DNA of 63,428 nucleotides, counting the filler, from Cercozoa sp. M6MM (lineage: Eukaryota; Protista; Endomyxa: Ascetosporea), in assembly GCA_040357565.1 (NCBI GenBank). It is 11 parts of 11 records of this genome, joined end to end, with 100 filler letters (N's around TTAATTAATTAA, not from the genome) between each part and the next. Parts side by side here need not be neighbours in the genome. Positions count along the whole stretch, not along the records: positions 10,810 to 16,068 come from JBDODJ010000937.1; positions 16,169 to 30,389 come from JBDODJ010000336.1; 9 more parts are not named here. One strand, 5' to 3'. A program made the position numbers and the translations under genes. Under the pieces are notes generated by a model. It was not told where the DNA came from and made no database searches. It saw only the letters and a program-made list of their open reading frames with translations. The stretch's first letter is position 1. Every line of letters starts with the position of its first letter. Positions 11,906 through 22,807 of this stretch are shown in pieces.

Positions 11906-13473
11906 ATGCCAAAACACGAGACGGAGTGGAGTGAGGTACCATCATAAATCACTTCTGGGATTGTGCTGATGTGGGTCGATGTAGGCGCTCGATGACGTGC
12001 TGTTGCGCGCGCTGCGCCAGGTACTTCGATGAAGCCTCGTGCGAAGACATTCGAGGGGCAAAGACACGTGGAATTTGCAGGCACTGCGCGAGAACAAGAC
12101 GCTGGAGCAGGTGCGCGATGCGTCGCTGCCGGTGCGTCCTTGTGCTGTTGCAGTTCCGCGGTTGCTGAGCATGTATGTGTATGTTTGTGTTGGCGCAGTG
12201 CGCCTCGTGTTGTGTGCGACGAGTGCGCCGGTGTCTGAAGCTATCGACGTCGCCGCGCTGCAGCTGCGTCCGAGAGGTTGTCCGACCGGTCGGCAAGCCG
12301 AGTACGGAGCTTCCTGTAGAGCCGCAGGACGACGTAGCCAGTCCAAAGGCCAGTTCAAAGGCTAGTTCAGACGTCCGTCCAGATGCCCGTCCAGATGTCC
12401 GTCCAGACGTCCGTCCAGACAGTGGTTCAGACAGTAGCCACGAAAGCAGTCAGGAGAGCTGGCAAGACACCAGTCGGACAGAAGAGCCTCCGCGGAAGAA
12501 ACGACGCGGCGTGCGGTCACTCGTGCTGGGTCACCTGGCCGCGCGGAAGCCGCGACCATCGCGGTCACGTGTGCCACTTGCCAGTCAGAGCGACATCAGC
12601 GGCGACACTCTGCAACAGAGGTAGGCCACCCTCCCCACCCCCTGCCCCCCTACCCCCCCCCCCCCGTACAGCGAGGAGAGCACGCAAGCCGGGAGCAAGC
12701 GACGTCGTGCACCGCAGTTGGGCCTCTTCGCACGGTATCTGTGGCACTGACACTCGTTACCCCCTACCCTACCCTACCCTACCTTACCCTACCCCTTGAG
12801 CAGAGCACTAGCGTCGTCGAGGCAGAGCGACACGGCAGGCACGGCGGCGGTGGTGCTGCCGCGGCCGCCGCTGGTGTCGGCGCGCTCGCCGTCGCGCTCG
12901 CCGTCGCCGCCGCCTGTGCTGCTGCGCCGGCGACACGAGCCGCTGCCCGAGGTCGTGGTGCGACCGCGTCGACAAGAGTCTACAGGGCAGGAGATCACCG
13001 ATGCCGAGGTATCCCTGTGCTCCACTTATCCAAGTCTATCTATTCATCTTATTCAACATATTCCAAAGTATTTCACACATCGCTGAAGTCAAGTATCTGC
13101 TTGATAGTTTATGTATTCAGTATCCAATATTCGGGGATGTTAAGTATTTTAGTCTCCGGGTATCCAGTTATTACACTCATGAAATATTCAGGTATCGGTA
13201 TTTTTAAAGTAGTACAAAAAGATTTTTGAGTATCAAAGCACTAGGGAGTGTTAAAGTGATATTGGGAGTGTGTCGTAGTTGCACACGCTGCTGCCAATGC
13301 CGGAGGAGCAGGCGGCGCGACTCACGGCGCCGTCCAAACGCGCCCTCAAGTAACCTGTTTTTTACACTGCATGTTGCTTTTTCTACGTCTGTTTGGGCGG
13401 CAGCTACGCACTCAAGTCGTCGGTTTCGATGGCGTTCGAGCACCGCGCCGGCAGACACAAGTCGCAGAATTAG
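11906..13473 (+). CDS. Hypothetical S/R/P-rich protein, possible Myb/SANT-like N-terminus; PDVR repeat
   Basis: MPKHETEWSEALDDVLLRALRQ...; (PDVR)n at ~12370-12420; spliced to ...AGRHKSQN-TAG. Confidence 0.55.
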
Positions 13474-13917
13474 CCGAGCCGGCACGGTTAAGTTTTCGGC
13501 TAACAAATTTTGACACGCCAGCTTAGTTGCCCACGAGGGTAATCCGGCGCGGTCACGTCTACATAGCTGATTTCTAGTGTACTGTATCCTCCCTCCAAGA
13601 ACAGAGAGACTTTTTTACGTCCCTTCGCTTAAATTTACTGTCGTGTATCGCTGGCAAAGTACCCTCAATTTAGCAGCTGATCCCTATCTGAGAGAGTTGC
13701 AGTAACATAGTGGCAAGGTAGACTGAACTACCTATTTATATCATCCGGTCACGTCGCCACTCGATCCTGTATGTTTAGTGAATCGGCTCAGCGTAGCTCC
13801 TCAAGCCAGCACAGCCATGGAGCCGAGCTGTTACTTCCGTCGGTTGACGGGTTGAGGACTGTCGTACGCGCGCGTGTCAGTGTACTTCTTGCAGCTGAGT
13901 GATCAGGACAGATTTTT

Positions 13918-13951
13918 ACTGCAAGCAGTCGAAAGACCGACTGCTTGCAGT
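13918..13951. other. Perfect 14-bp inverted repeat (hairpin), intergenic
   Basis: ACTGCAAGCAGTCG-aaagac-CGACTGCTTGCAGT. Confidence 0.85.
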
Positions 13952-14152
13952 TTCCTAAATTACACCCGCTTCTGAGTATTTTTGTCTTTTGCAACCAGAA
14001 CTTGCAGACACTGCACTACAGGATTGCAAGCAAGATATTTGCACATCCTGTGTAGGTAGGCTTAGGTTTTTTGGAGCCAGCCGTGCGTGCAACGGGGGGG
14101 GACATTTATTGCAGTTCCAGTTTAGTTTTAGGAAACAACGATCGCGCCGGTC

Positions 14153-15644
14153 ATGGAGCCAGTTCAGCCAGTCAGCGTGGGGGTACCAAACGTCGCGTTT
14201 CTCCATACGAAGGCCGACGGTGAGCGCTCTTGGGTGCCAAACGCAGAGTGGTTCCAAACGGAAGGTGATAATGGCTGTGAACTGTCCAAACCAGTGGAGA
14301 TCTCCGGCAAGCTTGAAGACGGCATCCGGGTTGGCAGCGACATTGTCATCAACGAAGCCGTCGGTCTTGACAAAGACAACGTTGAGCCCGAAGTGCCCGT
14401 ACTCTTGCGTGCTAAACAGGCGCCGGGTCTGCCGCAAGTGGCGACCGACTTATTGCAGGGCGACACTGTGATCGTTCAGCGCGGCCTGTTGGACCTGTTG
14501 GTGCGACCCGGCGGCCGCGCCAGTGGTGTGTCGGCGCACAAGGGACTCGAGTTTTTGAAGTTGAAAGGAGTCACATCGATCAAGCTGGAGCGCTACGATG
14601 TTGGAGGCGACAAGTACGTCCTTGGCATCTATTGCGAGAAAGCGGGGCAGTATGAACAGGATGCGTAAGTTTTGTCAGGTGGGGGGGGGGGGGTCGACCG
14701 TGCCAGTTTGCGCAGAACGCAGACGGTGAAGGCACTGGTGGCGGAGAGACTGCACATCAACAACGGCAAGAATATCGCTCCGGACGGCATAATTAGCGTC
14801 GAGTGGCTGCACGCGGTGACAGCTCTTTCTGACACTGTGCCAGGCATGCAGAACGTCTTCGTTGTCGCCGAGGTTGACGCCTACAGCCTCGGTACCATGT
14901 CTATTAATAGATGTGCTCTTATACAGTAAAGTAAAGTACTGCCTGTATATTGTATAGAGGGAGAGGAGGAAGAAAAGCAGGAGGAGGAGGAAGAGAAGCA
15001 AGGCGAGACGACGACGAGCCGCAGCGTGTGTCTGCACGAGGTCAAGACGCGCCGCAAGGATGCCAAGTCCGCCTCTTTCTCGCCTGTCGACATGAAAAAA
15101 TACATCATCTCGGGCGTCAGAAAGTACGTCATCTACAAGCGTGAAGACGGTAGCGACCAAGATCATCATCGGCTCACGGACAAGCAGGTTGTCAACTTCA
15201 CGTCCACGGCTCTTGGGTATACTCTCGTTTTTTGCGTGTGAGTTGTAAGCTTACAGTAAATTTTACGCTTGGGTAAACAGCCCATTCGTCATCCAAGCAA
15301 CGTCTCTCGGGTTGACAGACGACACGACGTTCCACTTTGAGTTCGCGCAGGCCTTTGTCTCGACCATCCAGCGGGCCGTTGCTGACAAAGTTCTCGCGCT
15401 AGATGAGAGTGGTACGGCCAGCTACGGGCTCGGGCGCCTATACGAGCTGATCGGGAGTGTGATGGAGGATCAGCTGGCGAGCCACTTCCAGCAGCAGCGC
15501 AAATATGGTCCTCGCTGCACCAACAGAGACTGCGATCGCTACCATGCGCCTGTTGAATGCCAGCACTATTCTTTGGAAGACCCAGCAGGGTGCCGTTTTG
15601 GCGACAAATGTCGCTTCACCCACGCGCTCGAAGCGGAAGACTGA
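14153..15644 (+). CDS. Divergent DXO/Rai1-like PD-(D/E)XK nuclease with C-terminal CCCH zinc finger(s), 4 exons
   Basis: DTVIVQRGLLDLL (motif I), VVAEVDA (III), LHEVKT (IV), KYIISGVRKYVIYKREDG (V/VI region); C-terminal CTNRDCDRYH and CQHYSLEDPAGCRFGDKCRFTH. Confidence 0.62.
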
Positions 15645-15940
15645 GGCGTATAAGTCCTGCCGCGTAGGCGTTCGAGAGCGCCATGTTCGCGACACCTGAC
15701 ACACGATTGTTTCAGTTCAGTTAATATTGTCCCAGTAGTTACTCCTAACTCTCTCGCGTGACTCATTGACACCAACGATGAATCTAAACTGGGGAACTGT
15801 TGTAAGCTTACAAGTCAACTTAGAAACAGGCAAATTCCGGTTTGCTTGGGAACAGCCAAATCTGAATTCTGTGGCGACTGTGCCTATTTAGTATAAACTT
15901 AGAAACGCCGCTAGATGTCATTGTACACCCAAAGTTGCCA

Positions 15941-16060
15941 TTGAGCCCGAAGTGCCCGTACTCTAGCGTGCTCAACAGGCGCCGGGTTTTCCGCAAGTGG
16001 CGACCAAAAGGGCGACACTGTGATCGTGCAGCGCGGCCTGTTGGACCTGCCAGTGCGACC
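15941..16060 (+). pseudogene. Degenerate duplicate of part of exon 1 of the DXO-like gene
   Basis: Near-identical to 14382-14510, but GACTTATTGCA is replaced by AAAA (frameshift). 15799-15860 also resembles intron 3 (shared TGTAAGCTTACA and GCTTGGG..AACAGCC). Confidence 0.75.
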
Positions 16061-16184
16061 CCCCCCCCNNNNNNNNNNNNNNNNNNNNNNNNNNNNNNNN
16101 NNNNNNNNNNNNTTAATTAATTAANNNNNNNNNNNNNNNNNNNNNNNNNNNNNNNNNNNNNNNNNNNNCCCCCCCCCCCCGCAG

Positions 16185-17433
16185 GCCGACCTGGCCGATC
16201 TCGAGCGACGTGAACTCGAGGTCATGCGTCGCGAGGCTGCTCTGCGTGTATCTTTATACCATACCCCCTCCCCTACATCCTACCCCTTGTCTGCAGGACA
16301 GAGAAACTGCACTGACGTCGCGTGAGAAGGAGATTCGTGCCGTAGGTTTACTTTACCGCCCCTCCCACACACACCGTACTTTGATGTCTGTGTAGAGTGG
16401 TGTCAAGGCCAATAACTGGCCTTTCAACTGGTACATCTCTGATGGCACTGAGATGGGTTGAGTAGATGGTCCAGTTCAGTGCATGTGCAAGTGTGTATGC
16501 AGGTACGCCATCCTGTACCACTCGATCAAGGACGAGGTGCCCGAGCAGTACCAGTCGCTGTGCAAGCGCATGTACGCGCTGTGTCTGTACACCTTCCTGT
16601 CGTACGCTGTGTTCCTGGTAGCTCACCTCCTACCCTACCCCCTCCCCTCCGTTTTTGTTACCCTTATCCCATCCCCGAACAGTTGTCGGCACTGGTGCTG
16701 TGGTTCGGCGTCAAGGACTACGGCATCTCGTACGGCTTCTTCCCGGGTCTGTACACCTTCTGCGGCGTTGTCACTGCCTGGAAGTGGTGGTACTTCCCGT
16801 TCTACAAGGCGGTAGGTCCTCTTGAACCCTCCCATCCTGCTACTTCTATGACACCCACCCTCTGAACAGTTGGCCAAGCCCAAGGTGCGCTCTTGGGTCT
16901 CGTATTTTGTGGGTCACTCACTGCATCTCGGTTTCACAATCTTCCTGTGCATTGGGTACGTTACTTCTCTACCCCGCCCCCCCCCCCCTCTATCCTCCAA
17001 TCTCGTTGCTCTACAGAATTCCGGGCACGGCATCGACCGGTATGTTCGTCGTGCTGGACGTGTTCTCCAAGGGCAAGAACTTTGCCGGCATCTTGTGCGC
17101 CGTGAGTCTCAGTCTGCTCGTTGTCAACGCCATCGCCACGGCTCTGCTGCTGAAGAAGGCGCACCACACCTACCGACTCCAGGGCATGGAGGTATCTCTC
17201 TGTCTTCTGCTGTCTTGCTCTTAGCTCAGTCCATGCCCTTCCTTCCATGCATCCATTTGTCTGACAGGGCGCCGTACAGGCCGCGGTTGCGTCTGCTGCC
17301 GTCGATGCTGTATCCATAATCCTGTCTTGTGTCTAGTTTGGTGGGTTATACGGGTGGTGATACTTGGAACGATTGTGGACAGGCCGTGAGCAACGCCATG
17401 GGCGGCGACAACGAAAGATTCACGGCCGACTGA
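16185..17433 (+). CDS. SCAMP: Secretory carrier membrane protein (5' truncated)
   Basis: Coiled coil LERRELEVMRREAAL, NNWPF, ILYHSIKDEVP, four hydrophobic segments, WWYFPFYKA, IGIPGTASTG; ends RFTAD-TGA. Confidence 0.9.
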
Positions 17434-18062
17434 GTCCAGCTGTTGTTGCGCTAGCTTCAATTACAATTACATGGCTTCCTGTGCCCGGCCGTGATTGATT
17501 TAATTCCTGTGCCCGGCCGCTTTTCTGCAACTGAATGATACGATATCCACCTCTACGCTACAGTAAGCATTGGCTGCTTTAGAGAGAAGTTTTTAATCTT
17601 CTCACGGTTTTCCCCGTGACGGAAGATTCGTCCACAACTCCGTCTAGTTTACGTCGACGGCGTATTTCGCCAGCGCCGACGCCAGCTGCTGCCGCGGACG
17701 TAAGAACCCAGTTTGGGGTAATTATTCACTTCGCTTCGCTTCGACAAACTGAATCATTTGATTCCCTCGCTTGTCTAATTGATGACTTACTTCTTGCGTT
17801 GTAACATTTCCTGGGAGTTGAACTAAAGCGCAGTCGAGTCATGTATCTCACACAAGAGAGAATCCATGCCTTGTGTATCGGTCGACGCTAATTGGCGGGT
17901 GCAGGCGCGGACATAAGTTTACTTTGTTGAGGACTACAAGCCAAGAAGCGAGTTAGAAGGTCGTAAGCTCGAGTATGCTTAGTATTGCCGAGTCGTCAGT
18001 CAAACTTCACTTCAGTTCGGAGCGAAGTCCGTCATGATGCCGACTCGGGTGAGTCGTGCCGG

Positions 18063-19294
18063 TCAAGTGACAGTTTCAGCTTTCGTATCGAGCAAGCGTA
18101 GTTGTTCGCAGATGGACGCGAGCGTGCGTTCTGGCGAAAGCGAGATGGCGGTGTTAATTTGCTCCGGCGTGTAGCCGACAGCTTTGCTCAAAATGTCAGT
18201 CAGTTCTTCGACAGAGCGCGACTTGTTGAATTGTTGTGAGCTTCCGGCGGTGTGCAGTAGCTGTCCCACGGACGGAGGTTCAATATCAGTGTCAGTGTCG
18301 TCGTACTTTTCGAGAGCAGACTCGAGCTTCCTGAAGAATTCGAGCTCAGGGGTGACATCAGCGTCTGCAGACTTTAGGCCATGCATATGGGTGGCAGCGA
18401 GGCCTTTCACTTTTTGAAGCGTGACGTCATCAGCGAATTTAGACGTTCCCAGAGTTGGCAGACTTCGCAACCCTTCATCAGCTTTCAATGCGTCAAAGGT
18501 TAGACAGCTTTTTACGTCGCCTCCTGTGTTTTTAAATTCTCGCTCGGGCTTTGCGCCATGCACCATGCTTTCGACGGTAGGATTCGAGGGAGGAAAGCAG
18601 CGACCGAGCGGGATGCGGTCGTCTTCTTCGGAGTAGGGCCTGCGAAAGGAATACAAACTTGTAGTTGACACAGATGTACAGTCGTACATTTGCATAGCTT
18701 CTTTCACGCCTTCTTTTGCAGCATCAGAAGGACGTCCGAAGATGTACTGACTAGGATCAATCCCGAGCTGCTCAAAGTTCGTCTTCTTTTTTTGCTCACG
18801 AGATTTTTCAATTGCTTGCGTCGCCGCCCAAGTGTGAATGCAAGAACCAGCTGTAATGTCCGACTTTGCACTCTTAATGCCAAAGACGCGGTCCGTGTCC
18901 CTGTTTTCCTTTTGCCTCCGGCGGTGCTGCTCATGAGGAACTGCCAGAGCGGTCTCCGTTTCTTCACCAAACATTTTCGCGACTTCCGGCTTGCCAAAGC
19001 GAAACGTTTCTTTCTTGTATCGCACTTGATTGCGGATGGCTTGCATTTCGGAGCGTTTTCTTTCTTGCTCAAGTTCAAGACTAGCTTCAGTTTTGTCATG
19101 AAAGAGCTCGCGTAGGCAGCGATCACGATTCAAAACGTCTGACGCATGATCTGACTGCTCTGCACGTCGCTGGCCGGCCTGAATTGCAACGCTCTTGTTT
19201 TTGATTCAAACCTCAACTGAGTTAAAAGCTGTTGGATGGAGCATTGTACGAAAGGGACAGACGGAGCTGTGTCGTGGTAGGTGCTTGGAAGCAT
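18063..19294 (-). CDS. EFHB: EFHB/CFAP21-like axonemal microtubule inner protein
   Basis: MLPSTYHDTAPSVPF/AGQRR... spliced to the 356-aa ORF with repeated FG-K/I/R-P/K-S and HG motifs and C-terminal FNKSRSVEELTDIL. Confidence 0.6.
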
Positions 19295-19429
19295 GACAGA
19301 AGACGTATTATGACGTGCGTGTACGCGCTCTGCTTCCAGCAAGCGGGGGTTTGCTTACAGGGCACGGATTTTTCGAAAAAAGACAGTTCGGAAAAACGCT
19401 GCTGGGGGGTCAGCAGGCAGTTTTGCAAA

Positions 19430-20484
19430 ATGCAATTCCGTTGCTTCGATAGATCATTCAGTCACCAAAACTGATGTGGTTGGTACGCGCAGGTGCTCGG
19501 CTGGGCAGACTAGACCGGTTTACGTTTGGACGCTCCGTCTCTCGTGAGTGTCGTTTCTTGGCCTCAACCACCGGCAGCTCGGAGGCTTCGAAACGCTGGG
19601 TTATCAGGCAGCCGTCCTTTGGAGACATTGCTTCGTACTGTTTTTAACTTGCAGTCGAGCGTACAGTGGTACCCATAGTAAATCTAGTCGGCCCGTTGGT
19701 TGTAGGATCCAAGAACTAATCGCGCACAAGCAACCGAAGCATCTCAGCAGTCGTTTGATCTCAAAACTGAAGGCGTCATTCGACGAGAATCTGCTTTTCA
19801 TCTGTGAAGATGGCTCTAAGCTTGGGGGAATTCTTGTCGGCATGGATCTTTTTGATACGAGAGCAACAGAGGGAGACACGTGAGTTGCTTTTCAATCACC
19901 TTTTTAGCCACCAACTCCGACAACTGCAGAGAAATCGAAAAGGTAAAAGCAGCAGTTTCTGAAGCCTTGCCGAAGGTAATTCGACGAGCCTTGTACCGAA
20001 ATTCCCCTCCCACCTGTCTGCTGTAAAATTTAGGTGTCAGCGAACGACGTGCTCTACTTGGACGCCGCACTTGTGACCGACGAACACGCCGAGTTGACAT
20101 GGTTGATCAAAGAAGCCATTCTGGTGGCACACGACCAAGGCTTTCGTAGTTCTACCTCTTGCCCCTGCTTTAATCCAAGGTCCGACTTGCCCTTGCTTGA
20201 CTGGACCCCCTCTGTGCAGGGCATGTTGTGTACGAGGCAGTCGGACCTCGGGATGTCGAGGAACAGGACAAACTCTGCAAAGACTTTGTGAAATCCTTCC
20301 ACTTTCCTTGTGTGAGCAACGTGAGGTATTTTCCCGCACATATTCGGGATGAATGAAGGGGGTTTCATCAAACAAAGCACATTTACGGTGTAGAGTTCTG
20401 TCGCACATTCCACAAGAGGACGACAACATCGCAAGTTTGATCGCGATTGAAATCATGGACCAGATTCCCGGCAGCTTTTACTGA
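19430..20484 (+). CDS. Hypothetical protein, Arg/Ser-rich mitochondrial-type presequence and GNAT-like fold
   Basis: MQFRARLGRLDRFTFGRSVSRECRFLAS...WVIRQPSFGDIASIQELI...LLFICEDGSKLGGILVG; ends IPGSFY-TGA. Confidence 0.5.
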
Positions 20485-20861
20485 GCGGCTTCACGTACGC
20501 CAGCAGACGGACGAGTAAAAGGCGGAGCAAGAAGTCAGCCGACCAGGTTGTTTGACGTTGTCAGTAACGTTGACTCTAACAAGAGCCGACAGCTTCCGGG
20601 ATTTCTGTTTACGTTTAGACTGTTTCAATTGAAACCGAGACCGAGTCTTCAGTTCGTTATGCCTGTCACTCCCGTTCGACTGGCTGTCTCACACGATGTT
20701 GCAGTTGACATTTCCAAGTTTGACCACCTTTGCGCTCGCGTGTCAACCTCTGGTCCGGGGTCGTTTCTCCAAGCCCGAAAGAGGGGCGAGTAAACCTCAC
20801 TTTCTGCTACCAGACTGACTAGTTCTGAACGAAACCGCGATACTAGGAGCAAAATCAAACA

Positions 20862-22553
20862 ATGAGCGTTGTGAATCACCTCGTTTCACGTCTTGAAAAG
20901 GTTTTTAAGTTTCGAAAGAGTTTAAATTTACATGGTTGCTTCAATAACTGTGTCGGCAGGACGACTTTTCGCCATTGACGGAAGAGGTACAGGATATGGC
21001 GTCGTGACTTTAGGAGCGGCTGAACTGAAGGAAGTGTTTTGCAGGAGCGCGCCGAGTTGTTGACCCTTGCTTCTTCGGAAGACGAAGAGGAAACTACTTT
21101 CTACGTGAATGGTATTAAAATGTTAGTTCCTAGCACTGCAGTCATCTTTCGAGATGCTACTGTTCATTTCATCGATAGATGCTTTGCGCGAGTTTGTGGC
21201 AGACCATCTGAGTCCTGGTATGCCGCGGGAAGCCACATACACAATTTTTACTAGTAAAAATACTCGTAACTTACAACTGTGCTCATAGGCGTCGTAAAGC
21301 ACGACGACATCAAGATGCTGCTGTACTTCTTCAGATGCTCCACTGCGAGCCTAAGTTGCTCATTATGTGAAACTGCTGGGTGTAAATTATTGATGCAGAC
21401 AAGACCTAGTGAAGTGGCATCCTCGCATCGTGTGCTTCGCGGTTTTCATGGAGGACCTCTTTGGCAGTCAGAAGGTCACTGCCGACGAAAGCACCATCGT
21501 CAAGATGAAGATGAAAATGAAAAATACTGTTGACACGCCAGAGGTCCAATTCAATTTAATTTGTATGCAGTACTAAGTTTGTAAGTTTACTGTCTGCTTA
21601 ATTCGGCTTTCAGTTTCAGGCAGTAACCTACTCTGTCATTGTACAGGTGTTCCACGAGTCCGAGATCCAGCATCACTTCGCACGCGCACTCACCGATCTA
21701 GTGTTCACACCAGCCTTCTGTGCCATTGTCTCTTCGCAAATAGTGTCACGCATTGCTGCGGCCGCCTCGATGCCTGCCGACTCGCACTCCGCCGAAGCTT
21801 CCAAGGTCCGTCTTTGTTCGTTTCCCTCTATACTGTGCTGGGCATGATTTTGTTACACTAAGTTTATTTGTCTCCTATATGCAGCTGCTCCAAACCGCGC
21901 GTTCGTGCATTCTCGCCTTTGGTGACCTAGCGGCACGATTTGGCGACACCTTCAGCAGCGTCATTGACACCGTGGAGACTTCGATCGCAGAACTCGCTCG
22001 GTAAACCAAACTTGAGTGACATACAACTAGAGCAAACTGATCGTGTTGCCTGTAGCAATGAAACTCCAGCTCGAAAGCGTGCGTTGTTGTCTGCTGCTAT
22101 TCTGTGTCTGCCCGACAGCTCGGTGGTACAGTGGAGATCGTTGAGAGGCTGCTTTTAATTCTTGAGTTCACGCTTCGTTGAATCGCTCAGCTGAAGGTGC
22201 GCGAGACGTCAAAGGAGGTGCAGAGTGAGTCTCATGAGCCTCTTGAGCACGGGTACACTCGACTTTTGCGGTGTATTTGTCGTCTTTAGTCGCCGAAAGG
22301 AGCTGATGTTTGCTTGTTTCAGTCAAGAACGACACACGGAGAGTGAACCTGCCAGCGCGACTGCTGAAGCAAAGAGTCCCGAGCCGGAGCAACACCTGAC
22401 GACCGAAGAAGAGGAAGAAGAACAGGAGGAACGTATCCATCTGGCTGCTCGACGACTGAGCGACGCTGCTTCTCAGGCCGAAAGTGCCTCAGATTGGTGC
22501 ATGCTCCTCTGATCGTTGATAGGACGTCCATCTTCCGCGAGTGGGAAGAATGA
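20862..22553 (+). CDS. Multi-exon hypothetical helical protein with acidic C-terminus
   Basis: MSVVNHLVSRLEK/DDFSPLTEE/ERAELLTL...; ends ...ASDWTSIFREWEE-TGA; GT-AG introns. Confidence 0.6.
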
Positions 22554-22807
22554 CTTCAACTAAAGTCGAACTGAATTTGAACTGACTGGGTTTACGAAAA
22601 CTAAGTGCTAGCTTTGCTTTGTCTGACAGTACGCTAAACGTGAAGAGCCGATGAATCTACTATCACACCGTACTTGCAGTTTACTGTGGAGACGCAACAG
22701 CAGTTTTCAGTAGTTCAGCAACACAGTGGAAGTCCGAAGAAGCAGTTTCGAACCTTGATTTGTAACTTTGGAGGGCCACGGTGTAAAGTTTGCTCACTCA
22801 AAGAACA

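Noticed and set aside
13500-14150. Hammerhead ribozyme, TPP riboswitch or tRNA
   Set aside because: No correctly spaced CUGANGA/GAAA core, TPP core or cloverleaf found by eye; a covariance-model scan would be needed to exclude them.
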